A DNA stretch of 64,000 nt from Longimicrobiales bacterium. GTDB taxonomy: Bacteria; Gemmatimonadota; Gemmatimonadetes; Longimicrobiales; Gaopeijiaceae. Numbering within the stretch: position 1 is the first letter of the stretch; every line of letters starts with the position of its first letter. The translations under genes were made by a program, and so were the position numbers. Under the pieces are notes generated by a model. That model searched no databases, had not been told where the DNA came from, and saw only the letters and a program-made list of their open reading frames with translations. Positions 38,517 to 48,188 of this stretch are shown in pieces. Location of the stretch: contig CBDCNQ010000005.1 in assembly GCA_965219445.1 (NCBI GenBank), positions 704,001-768,000 of the forward strand. The letters run 5' to 3'.

Positions 38517-39404
38517 TTAACGGCCGCGTGTTCTCTCGAACTCCTCCGCCAACGTTGGCGACAGCGGGTACACGTCTCGGAATCGATAGCGCTTCTCCAA
38601 TAACAGCTCGAGCTGGAACTTCTCCCGGGCTTCGCTCTGAGCTGCATACTCCAACACGTCGCCGACAAGCTCCGGCGGGAAAAAGAAGACTCCGCCGCCG
38701 TCCCCGACCACGATGTCGCCGGGCAGCACCGTGACGCCGCCGATCCTGACCGGTGCATTGTACTCCACGCCGAGCCAGGAAGTAGTTTGTAGGTCCGAGA
38801 AACGGTGTAGAACCGGGAAGCCCTCGAATCGGTCGTCTTGTAGTCCGGCGAAGTCGCGCATGCCACCGTCGATGACGACACCGGCGGCTCCACGCATCTG
38901 GATTCCCGTGGCACCCATGTCACCGAATAGATTGTGGCCGTCAGTGCCCCCGAGCTCGGCGACCACGACGTCGCCGGGCTGGGCTTCCTCCGCCGCGCGC
39001 GAATAGTATCTGCGATCCCAGTCTCCCTCCTCGGCAAGGACATTGGCTGCCCGGACCAAGTCCGGTCGCGGGGGGAGGAACCGCATCGTCAGGGCCCGCC
39101 CCACCAGCCGTTCGCCGGGACGGGTGTTCGCGAATCCTCGCGCATAATTCGTGCGGTACTCGCCGACTGCACCAAAGATGGCCTCGAGAGGGATCGATCG
39201 GAGCTGATCGAGCTGCTCCTGCGTTACATCAGGCCGGCTCGGCGCCAGGACGTCCATGATCGCGGAGTAAGACGTCCGGTTGGTCCTGAGGCGGTCGGGC
39301 GCGGGCACATCGGGCCTGAAGGTCTGGTCGAAGGGCTCCTGCGCGTACGCCCCTCCGGCACAGAAGAGGAACGTCACCAGGGTGAGGACGTGAGTCGGGC
39401 GCAT
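38517..39404 (-). CDS. RraA/HMG-aldolase family protein with signal peptide
   Basis: LVGRALT.RF.P, PGDVVV, FGD, GVVIDGG.RD, IGGVTVLPGDIVVGD..GV; signal ending AYA-Q. Confidence 0.85.
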   Translation of the reverse strand: MRPTHVLTLVTFLFCAGGAYAQEPFDQTFRPDVPAPDRLRTNRTSYSAIMDVLAPSRPDVTQEQLDQLRSIPLEAIFGAVGEYRTNYARGFANTRPGERLVGRALTMRFLPPRPDLVRAANVLAEEGDWDRRYYSRAAEEAQPGDVVVAELGGTDGHNLFGDMGATGIQMRGAAGVVIDGGMRDFAGLQDDRFEGFPVLHRFSDLQTTSWLGVEYNAPVRIGGVTVLPGDIVVGDGGGVFFFPPELVGDVLEYAAQSEAREKFQLELLLEKRYRFRDVYPLSPTLAEEFERTRGR

Positions 39405-39472
39405 GGGACTTTTCCTCCGAGTCCAGGTGTAGCGTCGGGAAGAGTTCACTGGGATCATACTCGGTAACGGCC

Positions 39473-41896
39473 CTATACGGCCACCTCTCCGTCCGCTTGC
39501 CGTACAAAGCGCAGTGGCAGCTCGACGGTGAACCGTGTTCGGCCCGGCTCGGAGTCGAGGCGAATCGAGCCTGCGTGCTTGTCGGCGACGATCTTGTAGG
39601 TGGTGTTGAGGCCGAGACCGGTCCCCTTCCCGGGTGGCTTGGTCGTAAAGAACGCATCGAACACACGAGACTGGGTCTCTTCAGGGATGCCGGGTCCGTT
39701 GTCCTCGATCTCGACGATGACGCTGTCTCCCGAGTGAGCGGTTCGTAGACGGATCTGTCCTTGGCCCTCCATCGCATCGACCGCATTGTCGATCAGGTTG
39801 GTCCACACCTGATTCAGCTCACTTCCGAGTGCCTCGATCTCGGGGAGGTCCGGAGCCAACTCCTGCTTCACCGTGACGCCCTCCTTCAGCTTGCTCCGAA
39901 GAATGACGAGTGTGTTTCGCAGCCCTTCGTTGACGTCCACGCTCTGGACCGGAGCCTGACCCAGATAGGAATAGGCCTTCATGGCACCGACGATCTCGGA
40001 GACCCGTCCCGAGCCCTGCTTGATCTCTTCCAGAAGCCGGTACACGCGGTGCGCATTCGCCTGCCATGACACGACCAGCCCGAGGCTGGCTGTCCCCACG
40101 CGGTCGAGCAGAGCGGCGAGATCATCGACGCTTTCGCCCCCTTCGACGAGGACGGGCGAGATATCCCACGGATCCTCGACGCCGTTCTCCTCGAGCCAAT
40201 CCTCGAGCTCCGCCTCGGCGTCGGAGCGCTGTAGTGGCGTCAGAAGGCATGGGCACGTCGCGGCTTCCCGGACTTTGTCGTTCAGCTCCACCAGAACCTG
40301 CTCGACTTCTGCTGAAAGCCGTGCGCCACGCAACTCCATCTGCGCCGTCTGCAGCGCGGCGAACGACGACTCGAGCTGCTCGGCCGCTCGCTGAGCCGCC
40401 GCCGCCGGGTTGTTGAGCTCGTGTGCGACGCCGGCGGCCAGCGTGCCCAGGGTTGCCATCTTCTCGGTCTGCCGGAGGGCGCCCTCCGCCGCCTTCTCCC
40501 GGGTGACGTCCGACCCGTAAACGAAGACGAACAGCCCCTCCGGCCCCTTGGCGTGCGTCAGAACGAAGTATCGTTCACCAATCTTGGACTCGACCGCGAT
40601 GGGTTCGTCGGAGGAGAGCACATGGGACCATGTGTCGTCATCGACGGCCGGGACCAAATCTAGCCAGCTCCGTCCCGGCAGGTCATCGCCTCCGAACACA
40701 GAGGCGGCAGCGCGATTCGCCAACAGCACCCGACCCTGGTGATCGAGTCGACATACCGGTCCGGGATTCATGTCGGGGAAGCGAGCCAGCTCGGCGAGGG
40801 CCCGCTCGGCTGCCTTCAACTCGGTGATGTCGGATCCGTACACGAAGACCTGATTCGCCACAGGCTCGTGACGCAGCGTGAAGGAATAACACCGGTCACC
40901 CACCTCGGCTTCGTGTTGGACCAGCTCACTTCCTCCGGCGATCCTATCCCAAAGCGCTTCATCGAATCCTGGGCACAGATCGAGCCACGACAGGCCCGCG
41001 AGGCTCTCCATTCCGAAGAGGTGACTCGCGGCGGGATTCGCCCGAACGACGGTGCCTTCGGCCGAAAGCCTGGCGACGGGTCCTGGGTTCATGGCCAGGA
41101 AACGGGCTCTTTCGGCCAACTCTTGCTCGGCGGCTTTCTCCACGGTCACCTCGGTCCCGTAGACGAAGATCTGATCCGTGTCCGACGGGTGCGTGACCGT
41201 GAGGCGAAACCACCGGTCTCCGACCGGAACGTCTTCCTGAACGAGCCCGCCGCCAGCCACGGCTTGACTACGGGCATCCTCGGGGAAGCCGGGGCAAACT
41301 TCCCAGAAACAACTTCCCTCGACGTCCGGACCGAAGAGCGCTTTCGCTGCCTCGTTGCTTCGGCGGATGGTGCCGTCCGTGTCGAGCCGGACGACCGGGC
41401 CGGGGTTCATCGCGGGGAAGTGCGCCATCTCGGCCACCAGGGCCTCGGCCTGCTTCCGGTCACCGATGTCGTGGAAGGTGGTCAGCAGAACATCTTCGCC
41501 GGCCATCTCGAAGCGTGACACGTCGGCTTGGGCCCAGCGGCATTCACCGGCGGCGGATCGGAGCCGTACCTCGACCGACCCTATACCGCCGGAGTTGTGC
41601 AGCTCGAAGGTGCGGTCACGGTCCTCCTCGACGAAGTGTAGTTGCCGGCCCGAGAGATCTGTCACAGCGTCGGTCGTGTGGCCGTAAGCCGACGTGAATT
41701 CTGGGTTGAGTCGCACGACGGTGTCGTCCGTGATGCGCGTGACCAGCACCGGCATGGGCAATCCGTCCACTACGCTTACGGCGATCTCGCCGCGCATCGG
41801 AAGGGCCGAAGCCTCGGGAGCTCCCTCAGGGGTCATGCCCGACCGATGCTCCGCAAGTCTGGAACCATTGCGCGTCTCCGATGATTCAAGGAACAT
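39473..41896 (-). CDS. Cytoplasmic multi-PAS sensor histidine kinase
   Basis: One PAS plus three F(P/L)xMNPGPVxRL PAS repeats; AHELNNP H-box, NLIDNA, DNGPG, FFTTK, GTGLGL. Start uncertain (41896 or 41836); the track ORF is over-extended. Confidence 0.9.
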   Translation of the reverse strand: MFLESSETRNGSRLAEHRSGMTPEGAPEASALPMRGEIAVSVVDGLPMPVLVTRITDDTVVRLNPEFTSAYGHTTDAVTDLSGRQLHFVEEDRDRTFELHNSGGIGSVEVRLRSAAGECRWAQADVSRFEMAGEDVLLTTFHDIGDRKQAEALVAEMAHFPAMNPGPVVRLDTDGTIRRSNEAAKALFGPDVEGSCFWEVCPGFPEDARSQAVAGGGLVQEDVPVGDRWFRLTVTHPSDTDQIFVYGTEVTVEKAAEQELAERARFLAMNPGPVARLSAEGTVVRANPAASHLFGMESLAGLSWLDLCPGFDEALWDRIAGGSELVQHEAEVGDRCYSFTLRHEPVANQVFVYGSDITELKAAERALAELARFPDMNPGPVCRLDHQGRVLLANRAAASVFGGDDLPGRSWLDLVPAVDDDTWSHVLSSDEPIAVESKIGERYFVLTHAKGPEGLFVFVYGSDVTREKAAEGALRQTEKMATLGTLAAGVAHELNNPAAAAQRAAEQLESSFAALQTAQMELRGARLSAEVEQVLVELNDKVREAATCPCLLTPLQRSDAEAELEDWLEENGVEDPWDISPVLVEGGESVDDLAALLDRVGTASLGLVVSWQANAHRVYRLLEEIKQGSGRVSEIVGAMKAYSYLGQAPVQSVDVNEGLRNTLVILRSKLKEGVTVKQELAPDLPEIEALGSELNQVWTNLIDNAVDAMEGQGQIRLRTAHSGDSVIVEIEDNGPGIPEETQSRVFDAFFTTKPPGKGTGLGLNTTYKIVADKHAGSIRLDSEPGRTRFTVELPLRFVRQADGEVAV

Positions 41897-41983
41897 GCTT
41901 CCCGTGCGCGCTGCGCACGGAACGCGCCGCACCGAACGGGACAGTTGATTACTCTGAGAACAAATACGCGGAGCCGAACGTCG

Positions 41984-42307
41984 ATGCCAGAGCACGACTC
42001 GCAGGGCCTCCCCGAGGCTTATCCGCGCACCATGCGGGAGTGGTGCGCTCTGACATGCAGAGGGTCCGTGGTCCTCAGGGGTCTCAAGCTCTGCCTGGTG
42101 GTCGGCGCGATCCTCATCGGAATCAATCACGGGGATGCGATTCTGGCCGGGGAGCTCACGCGGACCAGCTACCTGAAGATGGGTCTCACGGTCATCGTTC
42201 CGTATCTGGTGTCGGTGTTCTCGAGCGTCGGAGCCATGATCGAGAACGGCCGCGCGGCGCAAGATCCGACCAGGACGGCATTCTTCACTAGCCCGGATTC
42301 GAGATAG
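41984..42307 (+). CDS. Small 2-TM protein, NrtS-like
   Basis: LKLCLVVGAILIGINHGDA...K..LT.IVPY.VS pattern. Confidence 0.65.
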   Translation: MPEHDSQGLPEAYPRTMREWCALTCRGSVVLRGLKLCLVVGAILIGINHGDAILAGELTRTSYLKMGLTVIVPYLVSVFSSVGAMIENGRAAQDPTRTAFFTSPDSR

Positions 42308-42349
42308 ACGGGGTACTTCCGGGCCGAACTCGTTCCACGAGGCGCAGTC

Positions 42350-42904
42350 ATGAAGGCAAGGATAGCGATCTTCGGGGGTGTTGTGATTGTGCTGTCGCCT
42401 GCTGTGACAAGCGCCCAGGCCCCGACCTCGGCCACGGACGTCACCCGGGCTGAATGGCAGGCGGTACGTGACAGTCCGGACGGCGGTGTCGACCGTCAGG
42501 TGAAGATCGTGGACCTCGGCGACACGAACGTGGCAATCGGAATCCTTCACCGAAACGCAGTACAGAATGATGGTGGACCACCCCGCGGGATCGTTCATGC
42601 CCAGGTTACGGAGGTCTATTACATCGTTTCCGGATCCGGGACCCTGGTAACGGGCGGGACAGTCGTCGATGCCACCGAACCCTCAGGCCCAGACTCATTT
42701 CTCGCCGTGCTGGTCGGTCCGAGCTTCACAGGCGAATCGAGAAATGGCCAGATCCGGACGGTATCGGAGGGGGACATCGTCGTGATTCCCGCGGGTGTGC
42801 TGCACGGATGGATCGCAGTTCCGGATCACGTGACCTACCTCAGTGTGAGACCCGACCCCCTCAAGGTCTTGCCCGAGGGATACGTCAACCCCGCCATTCG
42901 ATAG
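42350..42904 (+). CDS. Secreted cupin-domain protein
   Basis: Signal peptide; H...TEVYYIVSGSG, GDIVVIPAGVLH.W. Confidence 0.85.
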   Translation: MKARIAIFGGVVIVLSPAVTSAQAPTSATDVTRAEWQAVRDSPDGGVDRQVKIVDLGDTNVAIGILHRNAVQNDGGPPRGIVHAQVTEVYYIVSGSGTLVTGGTVVDATEPSGPDSFLAVLVGPSFTGESRNGQIRTVSEGDIVVIPAGVLHGWIAVPDHVTYLSVRPDPLKVLPEGYVNPAIR

Positions 42905-43112
42905 AGCAGACACCGCAGCCTTTGGGCCTGGCCCGATAGGTGGCGAAAGGGTTTCCCGTCATTGCTGGCGCCCTAGGAGCGGCTGGTTATATTGCGACTT
43001 GCACCGCCCCGAGAGGCCTTTCTTTCAGGCGGCCGTGCGCTTGTCGGCCTGTGAACGGTCCATCTCGCCCGACCCTTGGGCCCGACACGCCAACTATAGG
43101 GAGGTACCAGCC

Positions 43113-43832
43113 ATGAAGCTCTCACGGCGAGATGCGATTCGAGTCTCCGGGACGACGGTAGCGGGATTGTCCGTGGGGGTGGTGAGCGCAAACGACATGC
43201 TGGCGCAGGCCCCGCCCCAACAGGAGTGGCCGGACCGTCTCGTGGAGGGTGAACTCCGCCAACGGGTCCCGCTTCCGCTCAACCCCGACGGATCCGCTCC
43301 CGAGCACCCGCCGGAAGACGCGGGGGTAATCACGGGCACCATCTGGCGCTATACGGGCGGAGAGGCCCCCCAGATCGACTACGACTACCGGAACTTGGAG
43401 GTCAGGCTCGACTCGCGCGGGTTCGCACGATTGGGAGGGACCCTCCGGTTCAGCGATCTCGAGGACTTGCCTCGCCATTCGATGACGACCCTGCTGCAGT
43501 GTGGCGTGCCGGAGCCCACCGGCATCGTGAAGTGGACTGGCGTCCGATTCAGTGACTTCGCAGAGATGATCGGGGTTCAGCGGCCCGCGCACTACTGCCG
43601 AATCATTTCGCATGACGGCTATTGGGTCGACGAAGAGATGCCCACCATGATGCATCCACAGGTGATGCTGGCGTGGCTGATGAACGACGGGCCGATCCCC
43701 CCGATCAACGGTGCGCCGCTCCGGCTCGTCATCCCGTTCCGCTACGGGGCGCGCAACGTGAAAGCGATCTCTGAGATCACCTTCGGCTCCCCGGGGCTTC
43801 CGATGCGAGAGCCGCCCTCGGGCACGGGCTGA
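43113..43832 (+). CDS. Tat-exported MsrP/YedY-like molybdopterin oxidoreductase
   Basis: RBS GGAGG; SRRDAI Tat motif; LLQCG, W.GV.F, HPQVMLA..MN, GAPLRLVIPFRYG..NVKAI. Confidence 0.82.
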   Translation: MKLSRRDAIRVSGTTVAGLSVGVVSANDMLAQAPPQQEWPDRLVEGELRQRVPLPLNPDGSAPEHPPEDAGVITGTIWRYTGGEAPQIDYDYRNLEVRLDSRGFARLGGTLRFSDLEDLPRHSMTTLLQCGVPEPTGIVKWTGVRFSDFAEMIGVQRPAHYCRIISHDGYWVDEEMPTMMHPQVMLAWLMNDGPIPPINGAPLRLVIPFRYGARNVKAISEITFGSPGLPMREPPSGTG

Positions 43833-43970
43833 GACCACCTCCCATTCGGGGTGCTCGACCCGCGTTCGGCCATTCGAGGGTCCGTGAACACTTCGCCGGC
43901 GCGCTACTGGTGGCGTCCAAGGCACAGCGCTTACTTTACGCTGAAATCCTCTTTTTCTGGGAGATCGGTC

Positions 43971-45119
43971 ATGAAGTGGACGGTTCGGGAAGCAATGGGT
44001 CTCTTGGCATCGATCACCTTTGTGATCTTTCTTGGCTGCGGCGGTGGAGACGGTAGCGAGACCGCGACCGCGGGTGGCGAGGTGCCGGTGTTCGAGGTCG
44101 ACCCGAACTGGCCGACGATTCCGAACGGATGGGTGTTAGGCGTGGTGGCCAGCGTGGCGGTCGACAGCAGGGACCACGTGTGGGTGCTGCATCGGCCGGG
44201 CTCGCTGGGGCCCGAGGAGGCGTCGATGGCCGCACCGGCGGTGCTCGAGTTCGACCCCGAAGGCAACTACGTGCAGGGGTGGGGCGGCCCGAACCCACAG
44301 TACCATTGGCCGCAGTCGGAGCACGGCATCTTCGTGGACCACAACGACTATGTCTGGGTCGGGGGTAACGGTGCGGAGGACCAGGTGCTCAAGCTCACGA
44401 TGGGCGGGGAGCTCGTCATGCAGATCGGTCGGCCCGGCGAGAGCCAGGGCAACCTGGACACGCAGAACCTGGGCCGGCCGGCGGACGTCTGGGTTCATCC
44501 GCCGACGAACGAGCTCTTCGTCGCCGACGGGTACGGCAACCGGCGCGTCATCGTCTTCGACGCTGACACGGGGGAGTTCAAGAGAATGTGGGAGGCCTTC
44601 GGCAACGAGGTGACCGCTGGCCTCGAGGCGGACCCGGCCTGGGCTCTGGAGCAGGAGGGCTCGGGCCCCCCGCACTTCTCCCAGCCGGTGCACGCGGCCA
44701 AGGTATCCGACGACGGGCTCGTCTACGTCTCCGATCGTGCCGGCAAGCGCGTGCAGGTCTTCACGCTCGAAGGCGACTACGTATCACAGGTGTTCATCGG
44801 CCGCGAATGCTTGGCGCCGGAATGCGGCAACGGCACGACGGCTGCCAGCACGGCGTTTTCGGCGGACCCTCAGCAGCGTTTCCTCTACGTCGGAAACCGC
44901 AGTCAGGCGCGGGTCATGGTGCTCGAGCGTGAAACGCTGGAGATCCTGGATTCGTTCGGGCAATGGGGATCGGCGCCGGGCGACTTCGGCACCCTTCACC
45001 ACATGGACGTGGATTCGAGGGGCAACCTCTACGTCACGGAAGTCACACCCCTCGAGCCTGTGAACCGGAGGGTCCAGAAGTTCAACCTCACGGGCATGAA
45101 GCCCAGAACTGCGATGTAA
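43971..45119 (+). CDS. NHL-repeat PAL-like lyase, lipoprotein
   Basis: Lipobox FLGC; SEHGIFVD, ADGYGNRR, PVHA, SDR, LHHM. Confidence 0.85.
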   Translation: MKWTVREAMGLLASITFVIFLGCGGGDGSETATAGGEVPVFEVDPNWPTIPNGWVLGVVASVAVDSRDHVWVLHRPGSLGPEEASMAAPAVLEFDPEGNYVQGWGGPNPQYHWPQSEHGIFVDHNDYVWVGGNGAEDQVLKLTMGGELVMQIGRPGESQGNLDTQNLGRPADVWVHPPTNELFVADGYGNRRVIVFDADTGEFKRMWEAFGNEVTAGLEADPAWALEQEGSGPPHFSQPVHAAKVSDDGLVYVSDRAGKRVQVFTLEGDYVSQVFIGRECLAPECGNGTTAASTAFSADPQQRFLYVGNRSQARVMVLERETLEILDSFGQWGSAPGDFGTLHHMDVDSRGNLYVTEVTPLEPVNRRVQKFNLTGMKPRTAM

Positions 45120-45199
45120 GTGAGGCGCCCTCGCCCCGTTAATATTGTTCCTTAGTATGTGAACAATTGCGTAGCGGCCGGAGACGCTGGCGTCATTCG

Positions 45200-46183
45200 T
45201 CAGTGCGTAGTGACGAACTTCATCAGCTTCATTCCGGCGTTCTCGCCCCCGTACACGTTGCCCTGCCCATCCGCCGCCACGGTCTCGGCCACCCTCGAGG
45301 TCCCGGATTCCGGCACCGGAGCCTTGATGAAGGCCGTCACTGACCCATCTCTCGCGCTTCCGATCCGGATGCCTTCGGCAAAGTCGGCAACATAAAGCAT
45401 ATCGTCCGGGCTGATGAAGAGCCCGCTCGGCGACCCGAACTGCGTCCACACGTCGACGAAGCCCCCATCCTGGTCGAAGATCTGGACTCGATCATTCCCT
45501 CGGTCAGCCACGAACAATCGTCCTCTGGAATCGAAGGCGAGACCGTGGGCACCATCTAGCTCACCGGGGGCCGTCCCTTTTTGCCCCCACTGCTTAATGA
45601 ACGCGCCATCCTTCGAGAACTTCACGATCCGCATGTTCGTATCCATTCCAGTGTGTCCGTCGGCCACGAAGATGTCCCCGTTCGGCGCTATGGCGACATC
45701 GGACGGCCGATTGAACGTGTTGCGTCCTTCGCCCGCAACACCCGGCTGGCCCAGGGTCAGCAGGAGCTCCCCATCTGGGCTGAACTTGGTGACCGTATGA
45801 CCCTTTCCGTCTCCGCCACGGCCGTCCGTCACGTACACATTGCCCTCGTCGTCGACAGCGAGACCGTGCGGGAAGATGAACATGTCGGCTCCGAAGCTTT
45901 GGAGCAGCGTCCCGGAGGAGTTGAACTTCAGAATCGCTGGAAGGTCCGATTCGGAACATCCAGGGCCACTGTAGTCACCGCATCGTTCTAATACCCACAG
46001 GCTTTCCTGGTCGGGGTCCATCTCAACGCCGGTCGGGGCACCCCAGGTCCGTCCATCGGGCAGCCGAGCCCAGTCGTCGGCACCTCCATACGGGTGGATC
46101 ACAGGACCCGACTGCGCGTAGGCCTCGGCAGCCGGGATCAAAACGAACAGCGTAAGAAAAAGAACGGTAGTGGTCCTAAGCAT
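45200..46183 (-). CDS. NHL-repeat PAL-family protein (variant active site)
   Basis: Signal peptide; FIFPHGL.VD, FNRPSDVA, ADGH, AHGLAFD, ADRGN. Start uncertain. Confidence 0.85.
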   Translation of the reverse strand: MLRTTTVLFLTLFVLIPAAEAYAQSGPVIHPYGGADDWARLPDGRTWGAPTGVEMDPDQESLWVLERCGDYSGPGCSESDLPAILKFNSSGTLLQSFGADMFIFPHGLAVDDEGNVYVTDGRGGDGKGHTVTKFSPDGELLLTLGQPGVAGEGRNTFNRPSDVAIAPNGDIFVADGHTGMDTNMRIVKFSKDGAFIKQWGQKGTAPGELDGAHGLAFDSRGRLFVADRGNDRVQIFDQDGGFVDVWTQFGSPSGLFISPDDMLYVADFAEGIRIGSARDGSVTAFIKAPVPESGTSRVAETVAADGQGNVYGGENAGMKLMKFVTTH

Positions 46184-46437
46184 GCCATTCACTCCGTCGC
46201 CAGGGCGCATCGCAGAGCCTCCCCTGAAAAGATTGTGTGTCACTCGTTAGGTGCCGGCTCCTATAGTGGCACCGTTCGCACGATCAGGGTAGACGATGGC
46301 GACAGTCGGAGCAACTGCCGAACTGCCGTAGCGGGTCCGAAGAGCCGTGTACCCATGCCCCGGAGAGTTGCCCGCGGCCACACGTCGGAGCACTTTGCGC
46401 CACTCCCGCAGACGCCCTGGAATCCTGAAGCGAGGAT

Positions 46438-47400
46438 ATGAACGATGAACCGGCACGCCCGATCATGACGGATGGGTCTGCAGCGCATGAGCCCAACCTG
46501 GAAATCAGCCAGTGGTTTCCGTCGGAGGTGGCAGCCGGTGCCGAGCTGACCTTCAAGGTCCGAATCGAATGTCCGTTCGGGTGTGACCTGCGGGGCACGG
46601 AAGTCGTGGTAGAGACTCCCGAGGATCCGGTCATAACGAGCGAACTCGTTTCGTGGGACGAGGGGATCAACGAGACGGGTGAGGTTACGCTAAGGGCTCC
46701 TTCGGAGGTCGGCGAATACGAGTGGAGCGTGGCGTCTAGACCTCAGACGAGTGAGCCCCCCGGGCATACGGGGACTTCTCTCCCCCTGCCCTTCAGCACC
46801 GAGGCCCACACAACCAGCCTCGTGATCTGGGACCTGCCTTCGCCAGCGGTGATCGGTGAGCCGTTCATGGCCAAGATAGGGGCCAAGTGCGCGGAGGGTT
46901 GCGATCTGCAGGGCCGGAGAATCGAGATCTACGACAGGTCGGGCGATAGACTCACGACCGCGGAGTTCGGAGAGGGGTTTTGGGCCGGATCGGACGCTCT
47001 ACACTGGACCGAAGTAGAATTGGTTGCTCCGGTAGCCGAGGGGGTGGTTTGCTGGTCGGTCGGATTTTCCGCCGCGGATCTGGAGCTCCCTCACCAGGAA
47101 GCATCTTCCAAGTTCAGTTTCGCGGCCACGAAGCCACCCGAGCACCGGCTCACGGTCGAGGTGGTCGAGACGGGATCGTCCGTCCCGGTCCCGAACGCAG
47201 CAGTGAGCCTCGGCGCGTATCGCACCTCTACCGGCGAGTCCGGGCGCTCGATCGTGTCGGTGGCCGGAGGCCGCTATGAACTATTGATCTGGAAGACCGG
47301 ATACGAAGCCCCCGTGACGGCTCTCGAGGTGTCCAAAGACCTCACCGTCAGAGTCGAGGCCGCGGTTCTCCCCGACCGGTCCAGCTGGGAAGACGACTAG
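46438..47400 (+). CDS. Hypothetical beta-rich (Ig-like) protein with duplicated CxxxCDLxG motif
   Basis: CPFGCDLRG and CAEGCDLQG; C-terminal carboxypeptidase-regulatory-like segment; RBS GAGG. Confidence 0.7.
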   Translation: MNDEPARPIMTDGSAAHEPNLEISQWFPSEVAAGAELTFKVRIECPFGCDLRGTEVVVETPEDPVITSELVSWDEGINETGEVTLRAPSEVGEYEWSVASRPQTSEPPGHTGTSLPLPFSTEAHTTSLVIWDLPSPAVIGEPFMAKIGAKCAEGCDLQGRRIEIYDRSGDRLTTAEFGEGFWAGSDALHWTEVELVAPVAEGVVCWSVGFSAADLELPHQEASSKFSFAATKPPEHRLTVEVVETGSSVPVPNAAVSLGAYRTSTGESGRSIVSVAGGRYELLIWKTGYEAPVTALEVSKDLTVRVEAAVLPDRSSWEDD

Positions 47401-47564
47401 CGGATCTCAGTACGGCTCGATCGCTAGGACTTGCATGTGGATAATACCGAACGTATATCGCTGGCCGTGGCGCAGAGTTGCTCCGCTGAGCGCCGGTGTG
47501 TGCTGGGGCGGAGCAAACGTGCGGGTCTGCCACTGCTATCCCTTGAAGACGAAAGGATGACGAA

Positions 47565-48056
47565 ATGAGGGGAGTGACGGTTCTTTCCTTCCTCACGCTC
47601 GTCGGTTCCGGCTTCTGGGGCTGCGCGCCACCGGGTCAGGCCGCCGCCGCCGGGCCCGCTCCAGTCGCCGCCGGGCCCGCTCCAGTCGCCCCCGGCGTAC
47701 AGCAAACTCCGCCGTCTATTTGGGATGGTGTGTTTTCCGAAGCGCAGGCCCGAAGGGGAGCAGAAGCTTATCGGAGCCGCTGCGCGGGGTGCCACGGCCC
47801 CGAACTCGTGGCGAACGGTTACGCCGTGAATCTGACGGGTCCCGCATTCACGTTCGGGTGGCAGCGAAAGACGATTGCCAACCGGTTCCTCATCATACGG
47901 GAGACGATGCCACCGACCCGTCTGACCCTATCTGATCAGGAATATGTGGATATCGTTTCTTATGTTCTCGAGTTCAACGGGTATCCCGCTGGGGAACAGG
48001 AACTCGAGCCCGACATGGCTCAGCTGGCAACGATTGTCATCGAGCCTGCCCCCTAG
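47565..48056 (+). CDS. Monoheme cytochrome c lipoprotein (paralogue of 5538-6011)
   Basis: FWGC lipobox-like; VFSEAQARRG...CAGCH...TMP...YVDIVSY.L..NG.PAG. Confidence 0.88.
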   Translation: MRGVTVLSFLTLVGSGFWGCAPPGQAAAAGPAPVAAGPAPVAPGVQQTPPSIWDGVFSEAQARRGAEAYRSRCAGCHGPELVANGYAVNLTGPAFTFGWQRKTIANRFLIIRETMPPTRLTLSDQEYVDIVSYVLEFNGYPAGEQELEPDMAQLATIVIEPAP

Positions 48057-48188
48057 CGCTTTCCTCGGTGAGGGTAACTTGCCATGCCGAGGGGGTGAGC
48101 GGTAGTGTGATGCGTAGTATGGTCCTGTTTTACGAGCCTGCTTGCTAGTTTACCAAAGAGGAGTGCCCATCCGGCATAGGGGGGAGAT

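Noticed and set aside
41897..42598. N-terminal extension of the 1041-aa kinase ORF
   Set aside because: Overlaps two better-supported plus-strand genes and is not domain-like.
47645..47690. 21-bp tandem repeat
   Set aside because: In-frame Ala/Pro linker of the cytochrome lipoprotein.
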